DNA from: an uncultured Gammaproteobacteria bacterium
GTDB lineage: Bacteria; Patescibacteriota; Microgenomatia; Levybacterales; UBA12049
Direction of reading: 5' to 3'
DNA: 64,000 bases
Assembly: GCA_965230895.1 (NCBI GenBank)
Contig: OZ246394.1
Coordinates: forward strand, 569,316-633,315
Each line of letters begins with the position of its first letter. The first letter of the stretch is position 1. A program made the position numbers and the translations under genes. Below the pieces are notes generated by a model that had not been told where the DNA came from, ran no database searches, and worked only from the letters and a program-made list of their open reading frames with translations. This document shows, one piece after another, positions 27,661 to 38,323 of the stretch.

Positions 27661-27709
27661 AGAAAAGCTGTCTCATCATAATATATGTGAGGAAATAAAA
27701 GCAAGCAGA

Positions 27710-30376
27710 CTAGTCAGCATCTAGAAATTTTTTGTTTTCGAGACGAAAGAGTTTTAATTTCTCTTTAAGATCTGCGAGTCTATTTAATGCTTCCAATGGA
27801 GTCATCTGTGATATATCAAGTTTTTCAAGTTCTTTGCTAATTAAATGATCTATTATATTTATCTGTGTAGAAACGGCTGTACTCTTTTGTTTTGTAACAT
27901 TCAACTGTTTTTCTTCAACACTTGATGATCTACTTTCGAGTTCTTCTAAAAGGTTTTTTGCTCGTGCAACAACCTCAGACGGTATTCCTGCAAGTTTTGC
28001 TACTGCAATACCAAAACTATGTGACGCACCTCCAGTAATAATCGTATGCAAAAATACTGGCTCCCCTTTTTCTTCTGTCACTGACATATGGAAATTACGT
28101 ATTTTCTTAGGAAATAATTCTTCTAAAACTTGAAGCTCATGATAATGAGTAGCAAATAATGTCTTTGGATTACTTTTTTGTGAGACCAAGTATTCTGCAA
28201 CTGCCCATGCAATACTAATCCCATCGTACGTACTTGTTCCTCGACCTATTTCATCCATAATAATCAAACTTTTTTCTGTCGCATTATGCAGAATATTCGC
28301 AGTCTCGACCATTTCAACCATAAATGTAGACAAACCAGAAGTAATAACGTCAGACGCTCCAGACCGAACAAATATCTGGTCTACTGGTGTTATCTTTGCA
28401 GAGTCTGCTGGAACGAAACATCCGATTTGAGCCATCAAGACAATCAACGCGGTTTGACGGATGTAGACAGATTTTCCTGCCATATTTGGTCCTGTTATAA
28501 GCATCAATTGTTGTGAGCTTTTGTCCAGACGGACATCATTGGGGACAAATTTTCCTGATCCAAGTAACATTTCGACAACAGGATGTCTTCCCGATTCTAT
28601 ATATAATGATCCATCCGAAACTAATTCAGGTCTGACATATCTATTTTTTTCGGCCAGAAATGCAAATGCCAATAAACAATCAAAAGCAGCAATACTTTGT
28701 GCAGCTTCTTGGATAGTCGATGCTTGTGACAAAACGTCAGTGAGAATGTCTTGAAATAATTTATACTCAATATCATTTATTTTCTCTTCCGCACTGAGAA
28801 TAATTTCTTCTTGTTCTTTTAATTCTGGAGTTATAAACCGTTCAGCATTTACCAGTGTTTGTTTTCTCATGTAATGATTTGGTACTGATGATAAATTTGA
28901 TTTGCTCACTTCAATATAAAATCCAAATACTTGATTAAAACGTACTTTTAGGGATGATATGCCAGTTTCTCTTCGCTCTTTTGCTTCCATTTCCACGATC
29001 CATTCACGGCCTCCACCAACAATTTCTCGCAAGCGATCAAGCTCTTCATCTATTTTTGAAGCAATCATTCCTCCTTCACGAATACTAATGGGTGGTTCGG
29101 CAACAATTACTTTATCTATTTGATGGATAATATTCTTAATTGTTTTTGTATCAATTCGTTTAGAAATTTTTTGTAAAGATTTACTCTCAAAATTATTAAG
29201 ATGCGTTTGAATTTCTATAATTGTAATAAGTGAACTTTTGAGATTTACTAAATCACGTGCATTTCCCAGTCCTACAGACAGGCGGGAGAATAATCGCTCA
29301 ATATCACTTACCTTCTCTATAGTTATTCGAAGTTCATTTCTTTTTCTTTGTTGCTTAAACAGTTCTTCGACAGCGTTATGTCGACCTGAAATTTCTGTTT
29401 CAGAGACTAAAGGTTTTTTAATCCACTCTTTCAGAAGTCTTCCGCCCATTGCCGTCACTGTTTGATCTAAAACAGAAAGCAATGTTCCTTTTGAATCATG
29501 TTCTCGAATAGTAGAAAAAAGTTCGAGGTTAATCATCGTTGAACGATCGAGAGCAACAACATCTTCGCTTGAATAAACTGAAATTTTTTTAATGTGATGA
29601 ACTGGTCTCTTTTGTGTTTGTTGTAAATATCCTAGAAGTGCTGCGGCTGTTCTTTTTGCATTGAATTGATCATTGATACCGAATCCAGCCAAAGTTGTTG
29701 TCCCAAAATGTTTCGTCAACGTTTGCTCTGCATCATTAGCATATAAATCCCATTCATTAAAAGGAAATATATTAATATCCTTCTCTATTCTCAAAATCTT
29801 GAGAATATTGGAGTTATTGTATAAATCTGGATGAAGGATACATTCTTTAGGAAGCAATCTTGCAAATTCATCTTGTACTATTTGTTCAAAATTGATTGAT
29901 TTAAATTCTGTTGTAGCGAAATAGCCTGTTGAAACATCAGCGACAGAGAGTGCAAAAATATTCTTATCAAGACTCAACGCAACTATATAGTTATTGTCTT
30001 TTTTCTCGAGTGCTTTTTCATCTAGCATTGTCCCTGGAGTAACTATACGAACGACGTCTCGTTCAACAAGTCCTTTTTTGTTTGGAGGAGATAACTGCTC
30101 ACAAATTGCCACTTTATAGCCTGCTTTTACTAATTTTGCTAAATAAGAATCTACAGCGTGATATGGGACGCCTGCCATTGGAATCCGTCCGCCTTTACCA
30201 TTTGCTTTTCCAGTTAGCGTAATATTTAAGACGCGCGCACCGATATGAGCATCATCAAGAAAAAGCTCGTAAAAATCTCCCATCCGGTAAAACAGTAAAC
30301 AATCCTGATACTGTTTTTTAACAGTTTCATATTGTTTCATCATTGGTGTACTGAAGTTTTCTTGCATAGACAGCAT
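27710..30376 (-). CDS. mutS: DNA mismatch repair protein MutS
   Basis: 888 aa; mismatch-binding N-terminus, Walker [14 protein letters not shown], motif ATHYHEL. Confidence 0.95.
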   Translation of the reverse strand: MLSMQENFSTPMMKQYETVKKQYQDCLLFYRMGDFYELFLDDAHIGARVLNITLTGKANGKGGRIPMAGVPYHAVDSYLAKLVKAGYKVAICEQLSPPNKKGLVERDVVRIVTPGTMLDEKALEKKDNNYIVALSLDKNIFALSVADVSTGYFATTEFKSINFEQIVQDEFARLLPKECILHPDLYNNSNILKILRIEKDINIFPFNEWDLYANDAEQTLTKHFGTTTLAGFGINDQFNAKRTAAALLGYLQQTQKRPVHHIKKISVYSSEDVVALDRSTMINLELFSTIREHDSKGTLLSVLDQTVTAMGGRLLKEWIKKPLVSETEISGRHNAVEELFKQQRKRNELRITIEKVSDIERLFSRLSVGLGNARDLVNLKSSLITIIEIQTHLNNFESKSLQKISKRIDTKTIKNIIHQIDKVIVAEPPISIREGGMIASKIDEELDRLREIVGGGREWIVEMEAKERRETGISSLKVRFNQVFGFYIEVSKSNLSSVPNHYMRKQTLVNAERFITPELKEQEEIILSAEEKINDIEYKLFQDILTDVLSQASTIQEAAQSIAAFDCLLAFAFLAEKNRYVRPELVSDGSLYIESGRHPVVEMLLGSGKFVPNDVRLDKSSQQLMLITGPNMAGKSVYIRQTALIVLMAQIGCFVPADSAKITPVDQIFVRSGASDVITSGLSTFMVEMVETANILHNATEKSLIIMDEIGRGTSTYDGISIAWAVAEYLVSQKSNPKTLFATHYHELQVLEELFPKKIRNFHMSVTEEKGEPVFLHTIITGGASHSFGIAVAKLAGIPSEVVARAKNLLEELESRSSSVEEKQLNVTKQKSTAVSTQINIIDHLISKELEKLDISQMTPLEALNRLADLKEKLKLFRLENKKFLDAD

Positions 30377-30448
30377 GTACTACTATACAAGTTTTAAATA
30401 GTTTTTTGAAGTATTACAAGATTTACCTTTTATCTATTTATTTGCATA

Positions 30449-30477
30449 TTGTCAGTCATTGTTGTTTGGATTATAAT
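30449..30477 (+). promoter_or_regulatory. Near-consensus sigma70-type promoter (TTGTCA-17-TATAAT) upstream of the tyrosinase gene
   Basis: ttgtca at 30449-30454, a 17-nt spacer, tataat at 30472-30477, 19 nt before the ATG at 30497. Confidence 0.45.
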
Positions 30478-30496
30478 CTCGCTGTTCTAGTATTTT

Positions 30497-31531
30497 ATGA
30501 AAAAGTTAATCTTCTTAATTAGTTTCCTTTTACTTGCCCTCTTCACAACTTTCAATACCACTCCAACATATGCTCAAGTAGTCCCAACCAATTGTGATCA
30601 ACAAATGAATATGGATGGGATGAATATGCCACAACCGTCTTGTCCTCCAGCACCAACTCCAACAGTTGCGATAAATCCTGATGCTGCAAATACACCAGTT
30701 GTCCGCAAAAATATCTATAGTATGACACCAGATGAGTTAAATAGATTTATCAATGCGTTAAATACAGTTCGAGCAAATGGTTCGTATAATCGATTTATGG
30801 ATGAGCATATGCAAGCGATGATGATGAGAACTCCCGCAGATGACACTTCTACATTAAGAAATGCCGCACATCGAGGACCAATATTTTTGCCTTGGCATAG
30901 AGCATTTGTATGGGAATTCGAACAACTATTAAGAACTGTTGATCCAACTGTATCCATCCCATACTGGGCTTTCGAAAATGAAACTCCAGGAACTATACCT
31001 ATGGTATTCTCTGCAAACTATTTTGGTGGCGATGGAAACATTGCGCAGGGTGATAGAGTTACTGATGGACCTTTCGCTTCATGGGGAATTACGAGGAGAA
31101 TAGGCCGAGACGCACAAGGTCAACCAACACTTCCAACCGCGGGAGATATTGCAACAGTATTACAGATCAATGATTATGATACCCCACCATACAATGAATC
31201 TTCACAAGGTTTTAGAAACGCACTAGAGGGATGGATTGGGACAAATGCTCCATGGGGAGTTCATAATAGAGTTCACGGATATATCGGTGGAGATATGCTC
31301 CCTGATGGCATGAGTGGTAATGCTGTTAACGATCCTATCTTTTGGGTTGTTCATACAAACATTGATCGAATCTGGTGGCAGTGGCAACAGACTCATGGAA
31401 TAACAAATTACCAACCTGTTGTCGGTGGACCTGAAGGACATAATCTTAATGATGTGATGTTTATCCTCCCAAGTCAGGGAACAGCGTCAAATACTTTAGA
31501 TATAAATCAGATGAACTACACGTATAACTAA
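30497..31531 (+). CDS. Secreted tyrosinase / type-3 copper polyphenol oxidase
   Basis: Sec signal MKKLIFLISFLLLALFTTFNTTPTYA. CuA motif HRGPIFLPWHRAF. CuB motifs HNRVHGYIGGDM and DPIFWVVHTNIDRIWWQWQ. Confidence 0.85.
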   Translation: MKKLIFLISFLLLALFTTFNTTPTYAQVVPTNCDQQMNMDGMNMPQPSCPPAPTPTVAINPDAANTPVVRKNIYSMTPDELNRFINALNTVRANGSYNRFMDEHMQAMMMRTPADDTSTLRNAAHRGPIFLPWHRAFVWEFEQLLRTVDPTVSIPYWAFENETPGTIPMVFSANYFGGDGNIAQGDRVTDGPFASWGITRRIGRDAQGQPTLPTAGDIATVLQINDYDTPPYNESSQGFRNALEGWIGTNAPWGVHNRVHGYIGGDMLPDGMSGNAVNDPIFWVVHTNIDRIWWQWQQTHGITNYQPVVGGPEGHNLNDVMFILPSQGTASNTLDINQMNYTYN

Positions 31532-31534
31532 TAG

Positions 31535-32413
31535 CTAAACGATTTTATCTGTTTCTTTTTCCTCGGCTTTTTCGATATCAAATCCTCTTTGCTCCAGTTT
31601 TGAACCAATTTCATCCATAAGGACTTTATATAAACGCACTGTTAAAACAAAGCTTCCAGGTCGGTATGGATGATCGAAATCCTCAATAATAATTAAGACG
31701 CCATAAGCAAGTAGCGCTAAAACAATTGTAAAATAATAGTTATAACCAAGATAATTGAATGGAACAAACAATGACCCAACAACAACCGAGTATGTAGCGA
31801 GATTTACATAAATCTTTATTCCTCTTGGCAGACGCTGATTTGTATATTGAATTTTCTTTTCTCGATATTCCATTGCTCGCGTTAAATAATTAAAAACCAT
31901 TTGTCCTACATCTGGATATTTTTTAGAAGCATTAAAGACACTATCTTCAATTTTAATAAGAGCATTATCAACTTCTTTGGATCGTGTCACAAGCATTCGA
32001 TCACTTTTGGTATCAGATGCATCTATATATGTCTTAAGGTAACTATAAATATGGAAACGAATTTCATTCATTTCTGCTTTTGGAAAATGATGCGCTAATA
32101 TAAATAACTGCCGAAGCATATTAATCTCACCACGATTAGCATCAATCAGTCTATCCCATTTAGTCCACTGCGCCTGGATAATAAAAGCAGAGATAATACT
32201 GAAGATGAGGTTCCCTGCACCGAAAAGAGCGGGAATAGCAAAACGGTCAGCCTCTAATTTATAGTCTGGAAGAAGATTTGATGTACGTACATAAAAGAAC
32301 ACCGCAGAAAAAATAATAGTGAAAAGTAATACTTTAATAACAATTGATCTTATGTATAAACGCTCGTAAAGTTTACCTGTAGTTGCTAATAATTCAGTTT
32401 TAACAAGTTCCAT
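31535..32413 (-). CDS. Hypothetical membrane protein (TM helices at both ends, central soluble region)
   Basis: 292-aa ORF; hydrophobic segments LLFTIIFSAVFFYV, LIFSIISAFIIQ, VVVGSLFVPF, IVLALLAYGVLIII. Confidence 0.4.
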   Translation of the reverse strand: MELVKTELLATTGKLYERLYIRSIVIKVLLFTIIFSAVFFYVRTSNLLPDYKLEADRFAIPALFGAGNLIFSIISAFIIQAQWTKWDRLIDANRGEINMLRQLFILAHHFPKAEMNEIRFHIYSYLKTYIDASDTKSDRMLVTRSKEVDNALIKIEDSVFNASKKYPDVGQMVFNYLTRAMEYREKKIQYTNQRLPRGIKIYVNLATYSVVVGSLFVPFNYLGYNYYFTIVLALLAYGVLIIIEDFDHPYRPGSFVLTVRLYKVLMDEIGSKLEQRGFDIEKAEEKETDKIV

Positions 32414-32471
32414 AATACTATCGTATCAAAAATAATCATACATTTAAAGGAATATTTGGTAAAATATATTA

Positions 32472-33074
32472 ATGAAAATTGCTATACTTGGCGGAAGTTT
32501 TGATCCACCTCATCTTGGACATTTCTTTATTGCGCAACAAGTCCAAGAGTTGCTGAAAATGGATCAAGTCTGGTTAATGCCTGCATATCATCATCCGTTC
32601 AATAGAAATCTCTCTGATATATCTCATCGTGTAGCAATGACAAGATTGTTGGAGACTGATCATATTAAGCTTTCAGCATATGAACAGAAACATAATCCAA
32701 CAAGCTTTACAATTGATACATTAAACGGTTTAAAAAGTGATTATCCTGAAAATGACTATTACTGGATTACAGGCAGTGATCAATTAGAACATTTTCAAAA
32801 GTATAAAGATTGGCAAGAGATTATCAAGAAGCATAATCTTATTATATTTCCAAGAGAATGGATGCTTCCTCACTTAAAAGAAACTGTGAAAGAAAAGCTC
32901 ATGTTGAAAACAATTCCTGAAAATGTTATTGTTCTACAGTCAGATGATCTTTTTCTAACGAACATATCATCGACAAAGATCCGTGAAAGAGTTAAAAATA
33001 ATGCATCAATAAAATTTTTTGTTCCCGTCGGAGTTGAAGATTACATTAGAGAAAATAAACTTTATGCCGAATGA
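32472..33074 (+). CDS. nadD: Nicotinate-nucleotide adenylyltransferase
   Basis: GGSFDPPHLGHF (HxGH nucleotidyltransferase motif) and SSTKIRE near the C-terminus. Confidence 0.85.
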   Translation: MKIAILGGSFDPPHLGHFFIAQQVQELLKMDQVWLMPAYHHPFNRNLSDISHRVAMTRLLETDHIKLSAYEQKHNPTSFTIDTLNGLKSDYPENDYYWITGSDQLEHFQKYKDWQEIIKKHNLIIFPREWMLPHLKETVKEKLMLKTIPENVIVLQSDDLFLTNISSTKIRERVKNNASIKFFVPVGVEDYIRENKLYAE

Positions 33075-33840
33075 TTTTTTAACGATAGATCCTGAGCAAG
33101 AGAAAAAGCGTATTCAATCGTTTTTGAGAAAAACATTTGAAGAGCAAAATATCAATCATGCAGTCATTGGACTTTCCGGAGGTATCGACTCAACAGTTTC
33201 TTTCTTTTTGCTCAAAGATATTCTCCCCGCTGAAAATATTCACGTCACCCATATGTATTACTTTCAACCAGTCTTTGCAGAAGTAGAAAAGTCTGTTCTT
33301 GATGCGCAAATCCCCCAAGAGAATATTCATGTTGTCTCAATCAAAGATGCTGTTGATGCCGCAGCAAAAATTAATAATGTAGGCTCCAGTGAAGAAGATA
33401 AAATCAGAATTGGAAATATTGCAGCACGAATGAGAATGATTGCTCTCTTTGATCTTGCAAAGAAACATAAGGCACTTGTTGTTGGTACAGAGAATCATAC
33501 AGAGTATTTATTAAGTTACTTTACTCGATTTGGGGATCAAGCATCGGATATCGAACCAATCGAGCATTTATATAAAACGCAGGTGTATCAATTAGCAAAG
33601 CATTTAGGTATACCTGAAACAATCATCGAACAAAACCCAACAGCAGGTTTATGGCAAGGACAAACTGATGAAGGAGAATTTGGATTTAGTTATGAAGAAG
33701 CAGATAAAGTACTTTTCTTAGCAACTGAGAAAGCTATGCCAACTGAAGAAATCGTGAAACAAGGATTTAAGAATGCGGAAAGGATACTCGAATGGAAACA
33801 AAGAAACTGGTTTAAGCACGAAACCCCTTATACAGTTTAA
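33064..33840 (+). CDS. nadE: NH3-dependent NAD+ synthetase
   Basis: PP-loop GLSGGIDSTV. The start is taken at ATG 33064, an 11-nt overlap with the nadD stop; the ORF-track start 33019 gives a 56-nt overlap. Confidence 0.85.
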   Translation: MPNDFLTIDPEQEKKRIQSFLRKTFEEQNINHAVIGLSGGIDSTVSFFLLKDILPAENIHVTHMYYFQPVFAEVEKSVLDAQIPQENIHVVSIKDAVDAAAKINNVGSSEEDKIRIGNIAARMRMIALFDLAKKHKALVVGTENHTEYLLSYFTRFGDQASDIEPIEHLYKTQVYQLAKHLGIPETIIEQNPTAGLWQGQTDEGEFGFSYEEADKVLFLATEKAMPTEEIVKQGFKNAERILEWKQRNWFKHETPYTV

Positions 33841-34583
33841 CTTATTTGGAGACGAAACATTATGCTTCTACTTTTCCCTGGATAAATCATACTCTCTTCT
33901 GAACCAAAAAAATCACTATTTGGATCTCGTTCAACTGGCTCAATACAAATATATGTTTTATCAATTTCTTTGGATTCTGGATTTTTACCAACCCACACCA
34001 TTGCCTTTTGTAACCCATTCTGTGTAAGATTTATTTCAGGTTTTCCAGGAATTTGGATTGTATTGTTTTCTTGCAAATCAATCGCTATACCGTCCCAATT
34101 ATTTTCGATAAGACTGGTTATATCCCTTCCGTTGATTGTAGTTCCTTCATACCCTTGAGGTGCATCAAAATAACAATGTTCACCGGAGTTTACGGCTGCC
34201 TTTTCGTCTCCCGCATTTGTATGGACAACTGCACATGAAAATGAGCCATCTTTAATATGCATTATTTGTTTGACTTTCATTCCCCTTGGATAACCTTCAT
34301 CCGAAATAGTATGAGTCACAATAACACTATCTTCAACTTCTAATACTTCACAATCCTCATTCCGCATATTTCCGTGTTGCTTTAATCCATATATGTTTTT
34401 TCCATCGGGACCGAATATAGGAGTACATGGGTGTGTCATTCCAATCTTTCCATCACCGCGATTAAAAGAGCCAAAGATAAGAGTACCTTTTAATGTAAGA
34501 TTTATTTTTGCACCAGATGGATCTACAAGAAGCTGATCTTTCGTGGGAGTACTCAGTGTAATAATATTCTTCCTTTCGCTCAT
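33837..34583 (-). CDS. Aldose 1-epimerase family protein (glucose-6-phosphate 1-epimerase / D-hexose-6-phosphate mutarotase-like)
   Basis: Size, conserved His and Asp positions and the MVWVGKNPE / CIEPV motifs resemble the YeaD-like mutarotase family. Confidence 0.5.
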   Translation of the reverse strand: MSERKNIITLSTPTKDQLLVDPSGAKINLTLKGTLIFGSFNRGDGKIGMTHPCTPIFGPDGKNIYGLKQHGNMRNEDCEVLEVEDSVIVTHTISDEGYPRGMKVKQIMHIKDGSFSCAVVHTNAGDEKAAVNSGEHCYFDAPQGYEGTTINGRDITSLIENNWDGIAIDLQENNTIQIPGKPEINLTQNGLQKAMVWVGKNPESKEIDKTYICIEPVERDPNSDFFGSEESMIYPGKSRSIMFRLQIS

Positions 34584-34620
34584 TGCGTAATAATAGCTTA
34601 TTTATTGGAACTTTGCCATC

Positions 34621-35604
34621 TCATTCTTCATTACGAATAGATTCAAGCAGAGCAAGAATTACTTCACTTGTCCTGTGTGCATGGTCTTTGTTAAAAAGCA
34701 AAGACATATGAGTACTTTCTGGTACTGTAATGCGGGTACTTTCAGAAGACAAGTTGAGTAAATCTCCCTGCAAAACATTCCAGTCCTCGTTCGCTTGATC
34801 AGATGAAATGACTCGGAGTGGAATCCCTCCAAGACTGCTTAATTCTTGCGATTGTTTAAGGATAGTTTCGGATTGATTATTTTCATTTGCAACGCTAGAG
34901 AAATATTCAGGTGATACCCAAAAATATTTATACTCGTTTAGCTCTCTTTCAGGTAGTGAACTGAATGCGACTGAACCACCCAAAGAAATAAAAGCTCTCA
35001 TGATGCCAATTCGTGCAAGATACGAATACAATGTAAAATTATTTGCTGTATTCTTTGCTTGGATCCCATATTCAGGATAATTCGTAATTTGATATGGATG
35101 AGAAGAATCAACTAAAACTAAACCTATAACCTCATCAGGATATAATTCTTGATATTTACGAATATATATACCTCCAAGGGAATGTCCAACCAGAATATAT
35201 TTATCGTTAAGTTGAGCACCTGTAAGAGCAGTATGCAAGTCTTTGGCAACTGCTTCAAGATTACCCTCAACATTTTGTCCGGTACTCCATCCTCTTCCTT
35301 GCCTATCATATGAACAGACACGTGTTTCTTTGGTCAGTTCAGGTTGGATCCAACCCCATGATGAAGATAATTCGCCAGCTGCAGCTTCTAAAATTATGGT
35401 AGGACTACCGCTTCCTGTACATTTGAGATGCAAACTATAATCATTTGCCTTAATAAGCTTTCCAGGCATTTCTACTTTGGAACGATCCTGTTCTGTTGAA
35501 ATCGTTTGATATAAATAGCCAACGATAATAACGGCAAGCAGAGAGTATCCTACAATCAGTACAATCTTTTTAACTCTTTCGATTATTGGGGGAAGATCAA
35601 TCAC
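34621..35604 (-). CDS. Membrane-anchored alpha/beta hydrolase
   Basis: N-terminal TM, nucleophile elbow GHSLGG, later Asp and His. Confidence 0.6.
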   Translation of the reverse strand: MIDLPPIIERVKKIVLIVGYSLLAVIIVGYLYQTISTEQDRSKVEMPGKLIKANDYSLHLKCTGSGSPTIILEAAAGELSSSWGWIQPELTKETRVCSYDRQGRGWSTGQNVEGNLEAVAKDLHTALTGAQLNDKYILVGHSLGGIYIRKYQELYPDEVIGLVLVDSSHPYQITNYPEYGIQAKNTANNFTLYSYLARIGIMRAFISLGGSVAFSSLPERELNEYKYFWVSPEYFSSVANENNQSETILKQSQELSSLGGIPLRVISSDQANEDWNVLQGDLLNLSSESTRITVPESTHMSLLFNKDHAHRTSEVILALLESIRNEE

Positions 35605-35643
35605 TTCTGTAGTATAGCGAATACAATAAAAGAATGCATATTT

Positions 35644-36072
35644 CTATTTCTTCCATTTACCAACTGCTCGGACAAGTTCTTTTCTCCGCTTTTCTGTGTC
35701 TTCACTCAATTGATCGGCGAAAGATTGTTCATCATCTGTTTCGGCACGCTCTGTAGCGATGGCAGTAGTTACCCAATTGTTATAAAACCTGATAAGTAAT
35801 TCAAAGACATTACTTTCAATACTTTCAAGATAATTGAGGAGCTGATGAATCTTTTTATCGTCTTCTGGTAATTTTGTATATTTTGAAGCTTGTGCTTCAG
35901 CACACAAGTCAAGAATTTTATTTGCTAATTTTCTCTTATCTGCATTTGCAAATCGCCATCGTTCGAACAAGGCGTCAATGGAATTGCCGAAGAATTTAAA
36001 TAATAAATTCGCGACAAAAGTCCCAATTGCTGATCCAGCCACAACAATCCAACTTATAAACTCAGGTGTCAT
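35644..36072 (-). CDS. Small hypothetical protein with N-terminal TM helix
   Basis: 142-aa ORF; WIVVAGSAIGTFVANLLF hydrophobic start; acidic C-terminus. Confidence 0.35.
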   Translation of the reverse strand: MTPEFISWIVVAGSAIGTFVANLLFKFFGNSIDALFERWRFANADKRKLANKILDLCAEAQASKYTKLPEDDKKIHQLLNYLESIESNVFELLIRFYNNWVTTAIATERAETDDEQSFADQLSEDTEKRRKELVRAVGKWKK

Positions 36073-36170
36073 ACCCTATTATACCATAATATGGTTATTT
36101 TCGTGGCTAAAATTGACTAATATGGGTCCTTCTACTTTTCGATCTTCTATCTATTAAAAGCTCTGTACAT

Positions 36171-36860
36171 TTACGCTTTTGGAGACTCTTGCGATTTTTT
36201 AAACTTCTGTAAAGTGTCTAGAAACCTTCTAGCATCTTTATCAGTAAAATATCCATTTACTGTTCTTGTATCTTCTTGCCCATTCCACTTAGGAAACCCT
36301 AATGAAGTCATCTCATCATTGAATTGCGTAAGATAATCTGCGCTCTTAGGAGGTAGATATGTAATTTCGTAGGCAATACTATTATCCTCAAGTATACCCA
36401 CAAGCAACATCGCACCACGAAGACGTGGGTCACCAAATTTTTCTTGTGATCCTATCTCTAAATGCATATGTGAAATTGCACGTTTTCCACTATCTCCACC
36501 GACGTTTCGAAAGGTATCAGCTTTTACTATGCTTTCTCCAATAGTACATATATTAAGAATTCCCGATAAATTATCATCTAAAGCAGCATATCCCTCAAAT
36601 TTTCTCCCAACTCGGTCTCCAGAAGATATCTCTCCTTGTAGCTCGGCAGTTAAAAATTCACTATCGTAAGCAGTAGCAATAGATGATCCATGACCATTTG
36701 TAATGTTTACACTTGTGTAAAGCATATCTGTCCAAGTTGAGACTCGCAAATTATCCTTTTTCTCACTTTCTATAGATACAATCTTTCGAAGTTTTGGAAC
36801 CTCGTGAGATTGATCAGAAAACGATTTCGCCTTGTGTTGATATTCATTGAATTCTTTCAT
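36171..36860 (-). CDS. Hypothetical protein (229 aa)
   Basis: Clean ORF with no recognisable motif. Confidence 0.35.
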   Translation of the reverse strand: MKEFNEYQHKAKSFSDQSHEVPKLRKIVSIESEKKDNLRVSTWTDMLYTSVNITNGHGSSIATAYDSEFLTAELQGEISSGDRVGRKFEGYAALDDNLSGILNICTIGESIVKADTFRNVGGDSGKRAISHMHLEIGSQEKFGDPRLRGAMLLVGILEDNSIAYEITYLPPKSADYLTQFNDEMTSLGFPKWNGQEDTRTVNGYFTDKDARRFLDTLQKFKKSQESPKA

Positions 36861-36910
36861 ATAACGTTGCTCTTGACTATACGTCTTATAGCATGGTAGA
36901 ATTCTAAACT

Positions 36911-37735
36911 ATGACGCAAAGTGAAAGTCAAGTTAAGGTTTTAAACATCAAAAAGTTCGCGGAGATCTGTCACACAACGCCAAGAACGTTACGGTTTTAT
37001 GAGCAAAAAGGATTGATTAGGCCGTATGCAATTGATCCTTTTACAAAATACCGGTCATATGATGCACGCCAAGCACGAGATTTCCTACGTATTAAATTGC
37101 TGCAAAATTTCGGAATTCCTCTCAATGAATTACAAGAACTTGTAAAGAATAAACAGTTACAACACAAGCTTGAACAACAATTAAAGCAAGTGAAAGAAGA
37201 TCTTGAGGAGAAGCAAAGGGAGTATACGTTTTTAAATGCAATGAATTCATTTCTCTTTGAAGAAGATATGAGCAATGTTTTTACGAAAGAGCTATTTCCT
37301 CAACGTAAACTTTTCTGCATGGAAGTTAAAGATGCGGATTATAAAGATATGGCTTTGTACCAAAAACAATTACTTGATGAAGCAAATCGACTCCATCTGT
37401 CCTTTGGAAAGGAACAATATACGTTCTATCACACAACTCGATATGAACCAAAAGGGACGAAGTTAGAACTTGCAGTAGCGTGTGATCAAAATCGTAAAAA
37501 TCTAACCTTCGCTTCAGGATTCTCTTTCAAACAATTCCCAAAAACTGAAGCACTTGTTTATACCTACGAAGGACCATATGAGTACTTTAGCGTTATTTAC
37601 CAAAAACTTTATAGTTATATTGAGCAGCACAAGATCAAATTAACAGGAAATGTATTTGATGTGTATGACCTTTCGTATAAACAAAAATCGAAATATGCAA
37701 TGAAGACAAAACTAGTATTCCCTGTGAAGCACTAA
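36911..37735 (+). CDS. MerR-family transcriptional regulator with GyrI-like effector-binding domain (BmrR-like architecture)
   Basis: N-terminal HTH FAEICHTTPRTLRFYEQKGLIRP, a coiled-coil linker, and a C-terminal roughly 150-aa GyrI-like domain. Confidence 0.7.
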   Translation: MTQSESQVKVLNIKKFAEICHTTPRTLRFYEQKGLIRPYAIDPFTKYRSYDARQARDFLRIKLLQNFGIPLNELQELVKNKQLQHKLEQQLKQVKEDLEEKQREYTFLNAMNSFLFEEDMSNVFTKELFPQRKLFCMEVKDADYKDMALYQKQLLDEANRLHLSFGKEQYTFYHTTRYEPKGTKLELAVACDQNRKNLTFASGFSFKQFPKTEALVYTYEGPYEYFSVIYQKLYSYIEQHKIKLTGNVFDVYDLSYKQKSKYAMKTKLVFPVKH

Positions 37736-37736
37736 A

Positions 37737-38147
37737 CTAAGAGGCGAGGTTTAATTGCCAAGAAACACCATATCGATCAGAAATCCATCCAAATTTTTTG
37801 CTAAATCCATAATTGTCCAGAGGCATCATAACTGTACCATCTTGTGAAAGCTTTTGGAACAGTAACTCAAGTTCTTTTTCGTCCTCACAATTGACATATA
37901 TAGACATCGATGGCGTGAAGCTAAAGCCATGCTCAAAGGTGTTTTCGCTTGCCATATATTCAAGGCCATCAATGGTAAAGGTAGCCTGCTTTACGAGACC
38001 TTCTTTTCCACCCGGTTCACCATTCTTCCAATACTCAATGTGTTTTATCTCTGAATTCTTGAAAAGCGAAGTATAAAATTTTATTGCTTCCTCAGCTTTT
38101 CCGCATTGTTCTCCTACAAACATTAAAAAGGTTGTCGTTTTTTGCAT
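37737..38147 (-). CDS. PhnB-like / 3-demethylubiquinone-9 3-methyltransferase-domain protein (VOC/glyoxalase fold)
   Basis: MQKTTTFLMFVGEQCGKAEEAIKFYTSLFKNSEI... and C-terminal WISDRYGVSWQLN match the PF06983-type family. Confidence 0.6.
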   Translation of the reverse strand: MQKTTTFLMFVGEQCGKAEEAIKFYTSLFKNSEIKHIEYWKNGEPGGKEGLVKQATFTIDGLEYMASENTFEHGFSFTPSMSIYVNCEDEKELELLFQKLSQDGTVMMPLDNYGFSKKFGWISDRYGVSWQLNLAS

Positions 38148-38181
38148 AATATTATGAAGAAAGTCTATGAAATCCGTATTG

Positions 38182-38253
38182 TGAGCCGACCGGGATTCGA
38201 ACCCGGGACCAAGAGCTTAAAAGGCTCCTGCTCTACCGCTGAGCTATCGGCCC
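38182..38253 (-). tRNA. tRNA-Lys (anticodon TTT)
   Basis: Reverse complement GGGCCGATAGCTCAGCGGTAGAGCAGGAGCCTTTTAAGCTCTTGGTCCCGGGTTCGAATCCCGGTCGGCTCA folds as a cloverleaf; anticodon loop CTTTTAA. Confidence 0.85.
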
Positions 38254-38323
38254 AATTGATAGCTGTAAAACAGACAAACTTAATTATACCAACCCGTGAG
38301 GCTATTGACAAGTAAAGCGTATC

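Noticed and set aside
27661-27709. Hairpin-like sequence tctcatcataatatatgtgagg between mutS and mutL
   Set aside because: It is a short imperfect stem within a 49-nt operon-internal spacer and is not a member of the gtcat repeat family.
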